Source of the DNA: Candidatus Saccharimonadota bacterium
GTDB lineage: Bacteria > Bacillota_I > Bacilli_A > Mycoplasmatales > Hepatoplasmataceae
DNA length: 32,000 bases
Direction of reading: 5' to 3'
Assembly (NCBI RefSeq): GCF_000582535.1
Contig: NZ_CP006932.1
Span: forward strand, 180,001 to 212,000
How positions within the stretch are numbered: position 1 is the first letter of the stretch; each line of letters starts with the position of its first letter. The translations under genes and the position numbers were made by a program. Under the pieces are notes generated by a model. That model worked only from the letters and a program-made list of their open reading frames with translations. It did not search any database and was not told the origin of the DNA. Of the stretch, positions 21,318 through 31,317 are shown in pieces.

Positions 21318-22625
21318 ATGATAAAAAGATATAGCACAGAAGAGATGAATTTTATATGAAGTGAAAAGCATAAATTTGAAACATATTTAGAAATTGAAAT
21401 TAATGTTTTAAAGGTTTTTTCTGATTTAAAAATTATTCCAAAAAAAGATTATATTAAAATAAAAAATGAAGCAAATTTTGATGTTGAAAAAATCGAGGAA
21501 ATAGAAAAAATTGTAAAGCATGATGTAATTGCTTTTATTAAAAATATTTCTGAAAATCTTGGAGAAGAAAAAAAATGAATTCATTATAAATTAACTTCTA
21601 CTGATATTGTCGATACGGCAAATGGACTTAGATTTAAAGAAGCTAATATTTTAATAAAAAAAGCTTTAAACAATTTTTTGAAAGTTTTAAAAGAAAATTC
21701 TCTTATATATAAAAATACTTTAATAATTGGTAGAACACATGGAATTCATGCGGAACCGACTTCATTTGGTTTAAAATGACTCTTATGATACGATGAAATG
21801 CAAAGAAATAAGAAACGTTTTGAATCAGCAGCAAAAGAAGTTGAAGTAGGAAAGATTTCGGGAGCAGTTGGTAATTTTGCCAATATTTCAAGTAAGATTC
21901 AAGATCTTGTTTGCAAAGAATTAAAATTACATTCAGCAAAAATATCAACACAAATTTTACAAAGAGATATTTATGCTAATTATTTACATACAATTGCTCT
22001 AATTGGAACTTTACTTGAAAAAATAGCAGTAGAAGTAAGAACATTACAGCGAACAGAAATAGCTGAAGTAGAAGAGAAATTTTTTGAAACACAAAAAGGA
22101 TCATCTGCAATGCCTCATAAAAGAAATCCAATTTCTTCAGAAAATATTACAGGAATTGCTAGAGTTTTGAGAAGTTATGTTTATCCTGCTTATGAAAATA
22201 TAATTTTATGAAATGAAAGAGATATTTCACATTCTTCTGTAGAAAGAATCATTTTTCCTGATGCAACAACATTAATTGAATATGCTCTTAAAAAATATGC
22301 TTTAATATTAAAAAATTTAGTTGTAAATAAAGAAAAAATGAAAGAAAATCTTGATAAAACAAAAGGATTGATTTTTTCACAAAAAATTCTTAATTTATTA
22401 ATTAAAAAAGGAATTGAAAGAAACTTAAGTTATGATTTAGTACAAAAAGTTGCAATTAAATCATTTCTTTCTAAAAAAAGTTTTAAAGATTTATTATTAA
22501 AAGAAAAAGAGATCCGAAAAATTCTTACGGAAGAAGAAATAAAGGATATTTTTGAATATAAATCATTTTTAAAAGAAGAGGATATTATTTATAAAAGAGT
22601 TTTAAATAATAAAGGAGATTTTTAA
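21318..22625 (+). CDS. purB: Adenylosuccinate lyase
   Basis: ATG 21318 is in frame with ORFs 21798 and 22338 through TGAs. [23 protein letters not shown] and the fumarate-lyase signature [11 protein letters not shown] are present. Confidence 0.93.
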
Positions 22626-22626
22626 A

Positions 22627-23919
<1,293 letters not shown>

Positions 23920-23951
23920 TTAAATTTAAGATTTTAAATTTGTAAAATAGT

Positions 23952-23957
23952 TATAAT
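23952..23957 (+). promoter_or_regulatory. Candidate -10 box (TATAAT) 6 nt upstream of the nfo ATG
   Basis: TATAAT at 23952-23957, then attttt, then ATG 23964. No SD. The spacing is the same as at rsgA. Confidence 0.35.
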
Positions 23958-23963
23958 ATTTTT

Positions 23964-24827
23964 ATGAAAGTAGAAAAGAAACCACTTATTGGTGCTCATA
24001 TCTCCTTTAAAAAAGAAGATCAATTATTAGGTTCAATTCGTGATTTATTAAGAATAAATGCAACTTCAGGGGCTTTTTATATTTCAAATTCTCGTGCATA
24101 TAAGAAAACATTATTATTAGATCAAGAAAAACTAAAAGAAGCAAAAAAATTAGCAAAAGCAAATAATTTTAATATTGAAAATATTATTGTTCATTCCCCT
24201 TTGGTTGGTAATATTGCAAATATTGAAAAAGATCAGATAACATTTAATCTTACAAAGCAGTCTTATTTAAGTGATTTAAAATTAATGGAGAAAATGGGCT
24301 TGAAATTATTTAATTTTCATCCAGGTTCAGCAAAGGATAAAAAACTAGGAATCTTAAAATGTGCTGAAGGAATTAATTATTTAATTGAAAATACAAAAGA
24401 TGATCATACAATTATTTGCATTGAAACAATGATGAAAAAAGGAAATTACATCGGTGCTAATTTTTCAGAAATAAGCGAAATAATTACAAATATAAAAGAT
24501 AAAGAAAGAATCGGTGTAGTAATTGACACTTGTCATATATGAGATGGAGGTTATGATTTAAATAATTTTAATAAAGTTCTTGATGAATTTGATCAAAAAA
24601 TAGGTCTTAAATATTTAAAAGGATTACATATCAATGATTCCAAAAATCCCCTAGGTTCAAATAAAGATCGTCATCAAAACATCGGAAAAGGATATATAGG
24701 ATTAAGCAATCTAAAAAAAATTATTTTTCATCCAAAAATAATTAATCTTCCAAAAGCACTAGAAACTCCTTATGGAAAAGATGATTTCAAAAGATGAAAA
24801 GAAGAAATTGATCTTTTATTAAATTAA
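23964..24827 (+). CDS. nfo: Endonuclease IV (AP endonuclease)
   Basis: ORF 23964-24542 continues through TGAs to TAA 24825-24827. [39 protein letters not shown] and DRHQNIG are Nfo metal-site motifs. Confidence 0.92.
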
Positions 24828-24863
24828 AAATTTATAAAAGATTTTAAGAAGGAAGTGAATATT

Positions 24864-25886
24864 ATGAATGCAGAAAACAATAATTTAGAATTAAATAAGA
24901 ATGAAGATATTTATAACGAAGAGCTGCTTTTTCAAACAGTAGAAAAATACTTTGGTGTAGACAAACTTTATTCTTATAATTTAAGTTTTTTAATTGGAAA
25001 TGATTTTTTTAAATTAGTAGAAGGATATGATTATGAAGATTTTTATCAAAAATTAAAAAAAACAAAAGCTTATAAAAGAAAAAAAACAACAATTAAAAAT
25101 TTAGATAAATTATCAAAAAAAATTGGAGCAGAGTTTGATATTAATCTTACAGAAGGATTATTGCAATTAAATAAAAAAAAGAAATATTTTGATTTTGATA
25201 ATAAAAGAGCAAATATAAGAGAACTTTATAATCCCTTTTTAAAAATTATCAATAATTATTTAGAAAATAGTTTTCAAAATGAAGTTAATATTTTAACAAT
25301 AGATTTTAGTAATTTTTTTGAAAATTTATTTACTCCAAGTCGGTTTTTATTAAAAAAATATAATTTTAATAAAAAAGAGCAAGATGAGCTTATTAAAAAA
25401 ATTAATCTTTATAAAATATTTGGTGATATTGAAGATCCAAAAGAAATCAAATTACCGAAGGAATTTAAGAAAAATTATTTGCCTTTTTTTGCTTTTGATC
25501 AATTAAGAATATTTACAAATAAAATAAATGAAAAAAATTCTGTCCTTGTTGTATTTGGTTATGATTTTTCGGATCAATATTTAAATAATTTACTTCTAGA
25601 TTTAAAGGATAATAAATCAATAAAAATATTATTACTTGTTGATCAAAAAAATAAAGAACAAGAGATAATATATCAATTTTTACAATTTCAAAATACTTTT
25701 TTATTTAAATTTATTGATTATACAAAAAGTGATTATTTGAATAATTTAGAAGAAATCTTATATTCAAAAATTTCTTTTTTAAGAAGCAAAAAAGATATCA
25801 GTAATTTAGTAGAAAAAGAGCAAAAAAAGACAAAAACAAATAGAAAAAATTCAACAAAAAAAGGGAAAAACAAGAAAAATGAATAA
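24864..25886 (+). CDS. Hypothetical protein with SIR2_2-like (defence-type SIR2) motif layout, predicted catalytically degenerate
   Basis: Intact ORF. ATG 24864 lies 8 nt after AAGGAAG; the track uses GTG 24855. The motif order recalls SIR2-like proteins: FLIGNDF (24987-25007), NILTIDFSNFFENLF (from 25287), LYKIFGDIEDP (from 25407) and VLVVFGYDFSDQYLNNLL (from 25545). The C-terminus is a basic tail. The protein has no His, Cys or Trp. Confidence 0.5.
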   Translation: MNAENNNLELNKNEDIYNEELLFQTVEKYFGVDKLYSYNLSFLIGNDFFKLVEGYDYEDFYQKLKKTKAYKRKKTTIKNLDKLSKKIGAEFDINLTEGLLQLNKKKKYFDFDNKRANIRELYNPFLKIINNYLENSFQNEVNILTIDFSNFFENLFTPSRFLLKKYNFNKKEQDELIKKINLYKIFGDIEDPKEIKLPKEFKKNYLPFFAFDQLRIFTNKINEKNSVLVVFGYDFSDQYLNNLLLDLKDNKSIKILLLVDQKNKEQEIIYQFLQFQNTFLFKFIDYTKSDYLNNLEEILYSKISFLRSKKDISNLVEKEQKKTKTNRKNSTKKGKNKKNE

Positions 25887-27780
25887 TTTAGATAATTACT
25901 TTTTTGGTGTAATTAGTTTTACAAAAGGAAATGAAGTTATTGTTAAAAGCAAAAAAGAGAAAATTTTGGAAAGAGATTATATAATTGGATCTGATCAACT
26001 TTTTTTTGCACCAAAAATAGATCGTTTTATTAAATTATTATTTAATAATCAAATATTTATTTATAAGATTTTTCAAAGATCGGAAGAGCAAAATAATTAT
26101 TTATATCATGGATATTATATTGGAAGAATTTTAAATAATCAACTTATTAAAAATGAAACTTTTATTCCTTCTTTAAATCAAAAAGTTTCATTAATTTCAA
26201 TAAAAGAATTAAAAATATTTGATCAAGATTTCTCTGATAATAATTTAAAAATAAAAAATATTGCAAAGACTTTAGATACAAAAAACCAAATTGATTTAAA
26301 TTTAAATTTCTTTTCCTTTAATAATTTATTAATAGGTAAAAAAGATTCTGGTAAAAGTAACACAATAAAAAATTTTTACTTAAGTTTATTTAATCAATAC
26401 TTAAAAAATTTTAATCAAACTTTCCATAAATTTGTTTTTTTTGATCTTAAAAATCAATATTTTAATTTTTTCAAAAATAACTTAAATTCTTTTTTATTAG
26501 GACAATTAAAAGAAATTAATTTAAAAGAAAAATTATTAGAAAAAGACAGTCCATTTTTTAATTTTAAAAAATTAGGAAGAAAAGAAAAAGCTTTTCTTTT
26601 TGATATTACAAATAAAGAAGAGAGATATTTGCTTGATAATTTCTTTCTATGAATTGAAGATGTAAAACAAATCTCTTTTATAAACATTATAAATAAAGCA
26701 ATATTAAAGCAAGATGGTTTTGTAATTATTAAAAATTTTCTTTTAAACTTAGTAAAAATTTCTATCAAAGATCAAAATCTTAAATTTAATCATTATTTAA
26801 TTATTTTGAAAGAAATTTTGGATAAATTAAGTTTAATTAATGATAATTTTTATTTAAATGATATTTACAATCAATATTATGATTTAATTGAAAAAGAAAA
26901 TCAACAAAAAATTATTTTTGAAAAAAAAGGAAATAATTTAATTTTTGAAAAAGAATATTTTTCAACTTTTTTAGATTTAATAAGAGAAAAATATTTAAAT
27001 GGTGATAGCAATATTATTGAAAAATTTAATAATTTTATTGCTTCAGACTGAAATTCATTACTTAATTTATTTCAATTACAAAATATAATTGATAATAATT
27101 ACCAAAAAATTATTTTTGAAAATTTTATAAATAAATTAAATTTGAAAAAGGATAATGAAAATTATTTAATTGTAAAACAATTTGCTTTATCTTTAAAAAA
27201 TGGTGAAAAAAGAAATAGTATTTTAGATTTATTAGAAAAAAATAATTTAATTATTTTTACTTTTGATAATCTTTCTTCTAAAATTGAGCAAAGATTAATT
27301 TATCTTTTTATTAAGCTTTTAACTTTTGATAATTGCTTAGATTTACCAGAAGAAAAAAAATATTTAAATATTGTATTAGATGATTTTGATAAATGATTTA
27401 AATTATCACTTATTGATAAAAGTTTAGATTTAGATTTACTTGAGAAATTAATTTCTCAACAAGAGCAATATAAAACTTTTTTTACAATTTCTGTTGAAAA
27501 TGTAAATCTTTTACGAGAAAAAATGTTCATTGATTTTGATAATTTTTTAATTCATAATCTTTTAGATCAAGAAGAATTTGAATTAACTACCCATTATCTA
27601 AAAAAAATAAATGAACATCAAATTTATCAAACTTTTAATTTTGAAGATACAGAATTATTACTTTATGGAAAATCATTTAAAAGAGTCTATCCTGTAAAAT
27701 TAATTAATTATAATGATAAAAAAATAATTACAAATCAATCAGAAAAAGTTATATTTAATATCTTGAATCAAAAAAGTTAA
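25879..27780 (+). CDS. HerA/DUF87-like P-loop ATPase (633 aa)
   Basis: Four track ORFs (25879, 26806, 27142, 27523) share one frame and join through three TGA codons. The start overlaps the upstream stop by 8 nt (ATGAATAA). The N-terminus is barrel-like (GVISFTKGNEVIV...). Walker A is GKKDSGKS at 26335-26358, preceded by NLLI. A Walker-B-like NIVLDDFD lies at 27367-27390. Confidence 0.55.
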
Positions 27781-27819
27781 TCAATAAATAATAAATTTTG
27801 TATAATTATCATTAGATTT

Positions 27820-27854
27820 AGAAAATGAAACATAAAGTATCATTTTCTTTTTTT
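27820..27854 (+). terminator. Intrinsic terminator after the nfo / SIR2-like / HerA-like unit
   Basis: AGAAAATGA (27820-27828), an 11-nt loop, TCATTTTCT (27840-27848), then T6 (27849-27854). Confidence 0.7.
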
Positions 27855-27879
27855 ATTAAAAGTAAGGGATTAATTTATA

Positions 27880-29634
27880 GTGAAAAAAAAATTTAGAAAT
27901 ATATTTTTATCATCATTATTTTTATTTTCGGGACAAGCAATAATTTATCTCCAAATATCAAATAATCAAAAAAATCAACAATATAATTTAGAAGATAGTA
28001 ATAAAACAAATGTTATTACTGATCAAAATATTAAAAAAGGATATCAATTTGATGAAGGAGAAGCTGCAGCAGTTACAACAGATCAGAACGGATATGATCA
28101 TTTGTATATGTGAGGAGATAATAGTAATTACCAATTAGGACTTCCTTATATAAATTCATATTCAAAATCTGATAATATTCAAAATGAAAATATAAATAAG
28201 AGAAATTATTATTATATCCCTACAGAAGTAAATTATATTAAAGAGCAAAAAGGAAGAATAGAAGACTTAAAATCAACAAAATACAATACAATTTTAACTT
28301 TTGTTGATCAAGAACAAAATTACCATCTTTATATTTATGGCTCAAATATTAATGGTTTACTTACTAAGCAAGATTTATCTTTAAATAGTAAAAATAGTCC
28401 AATTATTATTGATATTCCAAGTAATTTAAAAATTGCAGATATTGAACTTACAGATGATAATGCTTATCTTTTACTTGATGAAAAAACAGGTGATAAACAA
28501 TATTTATATAGTTGAGGTAAAAATGATTATGGACAATTGGGATTAGGATATAGTGACAATAAAATTCATAAAAATCCCACTGTTTCTAAATATATAAATG
28601 GTAAAACAAATGAGAATCTTTATGTAAATTCAATTTATGCAGAAAATGATGCTTTATATTTATTAGTACAAAATAGTAATGAAAATGAATATCAAACAAT
28701 TTATAGTTTGGGTTCAAATAAAAATGGACAATTAGGTTTAAATTCTTCAAATTATGATGGTAAAAATCCTGTTCCAACTGAAATACCTTTTTTTGCAAGG
28801 GAAAAAGCACAGGAAATAATTTTTATTGATGGTAATAATCATCAAGGAATGTATACAGAATTTATAGAAAATGATCAAACTTATCTTGTCGGATGAGGAA
28901 ATAATAATAGAAAACAATTAATAAATATTGATGATAAAAATATAGATCAACCAACAGCAATATTTGATCAAGAACAAAATTTTATAATAGGAGATAAAGG
29001 CGATCCGCTTTTTGATTCAAATACAAATCAATTGCTTTTATCTGATTTTGGATATGAACAATCTTATTTAATTCTAGAAGAAGGAACATTAATAGATGAA
29101 AAATTTAATGTTGAAAGAATTGTAATTGAAGGATGAGGTTTAAATGCTCATAATAGTTTGGGTGGAAATAATGTCGGTCAAATTAATGAACCAATAGAAA
29201 TAAACAGTTTTTTAATTGAAAATTATAATGGATATCAAATTAAAAATATTTCTACAGGAAGTCATAGTACTGATATTTTAATTGAAAACAATCAACAAAA
29301 TCAAAATTTATATACTTGAGGATATAATCAAACTGGACAATTAGGAAATGGAGAAGAAGCAACTTTTGCATCACCTACTACTTCAAATCTTTTCTTATCT
29401 ATGCAAACTTCAAAAGAAGTAATTAGTAATAATATTGCATATCAATTATCTCTTGCAATTTTTATTGTAATTATAATTATTTTAATATTGGTACTTATTA
29501 GCTTATATTTAAGTATTAGAAGATATCGTAAAGTATCTTGATCAGTGCAAACTCAAAAAAACGAAGATGAATTAAAAGAACAAGAATTAGTAAAAGAATT
29601 AACAACACAAAATTTAGATTTAAACTTAGATTAA
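27880..29634 (+). CDS. Membrane-anchored RCC1-repeat (seven-bladed beta-propeller) protein
   Basis: GTG 27880. ORFs 27880 and 28537 and the gaps share a frame and join through TGAs, ending at TAA 29632-29634 (584 aa). Seven RCC1-type signatures: WGDNSNYQLG (28111), YGSNINGLL (28336), WGKNDYGQLG (28513), LGSNKNGQLG (28708), WGNNNRKQL (28894), WGLNAHNSLG (29134), WGYNQTGQLG (29317). The N-terminus is hydrophobic (no Cys). A C-terminal TM segment at 29434-29516 is followed by RRYRK. Confidence 0.75.
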
Positions 29635-30729
29635 ATTTTTAAATGTTAAATTTTTATTTTTATTTTTAATTATTTTTATTTTTTCTTGATCATTTTGATT
29701 ATATAAAAGATAAATTTTTCCTTTTAAATCTTCGGATCGATTAGTTCTTCCGATTCTATGTTTAAAATAATTTAAATCAACTGGAAGATCATAATTTATA
29801 ATGTGACTAACATTATTAAAATCTAATCCTCTTGCATACAAATCAGTTGTTACTAAGTAAATTATTTTCTGATTTCTTACTTCTGTAAAAATTTGCTTTC
29901 TTTTTCTAATGTTTAGATCAGCAGAAAAATATCTTATATCTTTAAAATTATTTGAAATTAAATAATCATAAATCTTTTTTACTTCTTTGCTTTTATTTGC
30001 AAAGATAATTACAAAAAAAGGATTAAATTGATTGCTTTTTAATAAATTAATTAAAGTTTCTAGTCGATCATTATTTAAGATTTTTATTAAATTAATATTA
30101 ATCTTTTTTTCTAATTTACTATTTAAATTAATTACTTTTGCTTTAATTTTAAAAAGTTTTTCAATTTTATTCTGCAAATTTTTTTCTAATGTTGCAGAGA
30201 AAAAAGAAAAAGAAACATTATTTTTAATTTTTAAAATATCAACAAATTTTTTAATTTGTTCTAATTGTTTAAAATTATCAATCATATCTACTTCATCAAC
30301 AACAATATATTTTAGTTTTTTATAGCTAATTGGTGATTTTTTTTGTAAACTAGAAATTTTATCAATTGTTGAAATTATTATTTTTGCTTCTTTATTATAT
30401 TTATTTTTTTCTATATCATAATCAAGATTTTTTGTAATTGCAAAATAAGAAAAATTAAGATATTTATTAATTTTTAATAATTGATTTTTCAATTGATGAA
30501 TTAATTCATTAGTTGGAACAAGAATAATTGCCTCTACTCCCTTTTTATCCATTTCTATTTGATTTAGAATTGGTAAAAGATAAGCAAGCGTTTTTCCTGT
30601 CCCAGTAGGAGATTGACAAAAAAGATTATTTTTAACTTCAAGAATTGAAAATACATCTTTTTGTACTTCCAATAAATTATTAAATTTTTCTGATTCTAAA
30701 TATTTGTTTAGATTTATTTTTATCTTCAT
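29626..30729 (-). CDS. DEAD-box family ATP-dependent RNA helicase (motif II is DEVD)
   Basis: 367-aa intact ORF with no TGA. Motifs: Q motif (LLEVQ), I SPTGTGKT, Ia LVPTNEL, II VDEVD, III SAT, V ARGLD, VI HRIGRTNR. Confidence 0.88.
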   Translation of the reverse strand: MKIKINLNKYLESEKFNNLLEVQKDVFSILEVKNNLFCQSPTGTGKTLAYLLPILNQIEMDKKGVEAIILVPTNELIHQLKNQLLKINKYLNFSYFAITKNLDYDIEKNKYNKEAKIIISTIDKISSLQKKSPISYKKLKYIVVDEVDMIDNFKQLEQIKKFVDILKIKNNVSFSFFSATLEKNLQNKIEKLFKIKAKVINLNSKLEKKININLIKILNNDRLETLINLLKSNQFNPFFVIIFANKSKEVKKIYDYLISNNFKDIRYFSADLNIRKRKQIFTEVRNQKIIYLVTTDLYARGLDFNNVSHIINYDLPVDLNYFKHRIGRTNRSEDLKGKIYLLYNQNDQEKIKIIKNKNKNLTFKNLI

Positions 30730-30765
30730 TTGTAATTTCTACCTTTTAATTTATTATATATTTAT

Positions 30766-31308
30766 ATGAAAATTAATTTTGGAAAATATCGTAGTAAAAA
30801 TTTAATAGTAGGAAAAAATCAAAAAATGCGGCCAACACAAGCGATTGCAAAAAAGATTATTTTTAATTTAATAAAAATTAAAAATGAAGATTTAGTTTTG
30901 GATCTTTTTGCTGGAACAGGTGCATTAGGATTTGAATCATTATCATTAGGTGCTAAAAAAGTGATTTGAATTGATAATAATTTAAAATCTTATCAAGCAA
31001 TTAAAAATAACATTTTTAATTTAAAATTAGATCAAAAAAATTATCAAGTTTTTCATACAGATTTTCGTAGGGCTCTTAAAAAAATTCCTTATAAACCAAC
31101 AATTATTTTTTTGGATCCTCCATTTATTTCTGAAAAATATTATGATATTAGTTTAAAGTTAATTTTTGAAAATGATTTATTATCTAAGGATGGGATTATA
31201 ATTTTAGAAAAACCTATTGATTACAAAATTGATAATCTTAAATTGTATAATATATTTATTAATAAAAAATTAGGAGTTAATAAAGAAATTATTTTTATAA
31301 AAAAATAA
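30766..31308 (+). CDS. rsmD: 16S rRNA (guanine966-N2)-methyltransferase
   Basis: ORFs 30766 and 31111 share a frame and join through TGA. RPTQAIAKKIIFN, LDLFAGTGALGFESLSLGA and the FLDPPF motif are present. Conserved position before coaD. Confidence 0.88.
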
Positions 31309-31317
31309 ATTAATTAT

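Noticed and set aside
24855-24863. GTG 24855 as the start of the SIR2-like gene.
   Set aside because: The GTG overlaps the SD-like AAGGAAG itself. ATG 24864 has proper 8-nt spacing. The difference is only 3 codons and does not affect interpretation.
26454-26768. Minus-strand 104-aa ORF inside the HerA-like gene, considered as a possible third component such as an antitoxin.
   Set aside because: It is fully antisense to a continuous 633-codon + strand frame. The protein is Lys/Phe/Leu low-complexity with no recognisable motif, start context or SD, so it is best explained as an antisense artefact.
27883-27891. A9 homopolymer directly after the start codon of the RCC1 surface-protein gene, considered as a slipped-strand phase-variation switch.
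   Set aside because: Poly-A runs of this length are everywhere in this genome (Lys-rich N-termini, intergenic DNA). MKKK is a normal signal-peptide n-region. Without population-level length variation there is no support.
27825-27896. A 23-codon ORF (MKHKVSFSFFIKSKGLIYSEKKI) in the spacer before the RCC1 gene, considered as a possible leader peptide.
   Set aside because: It has no SD, overlaps the terminator hairpin and runs into the RCC1 start in another frame. Such short ORFs are expected by chance.
30032-30325. Plus-strand 97-aa ORF.
   Set aside because: It is antisense to the well-supported DEAD-box helicase gene (all helicase motifs are on the minus strand). The translation is low-complexity.
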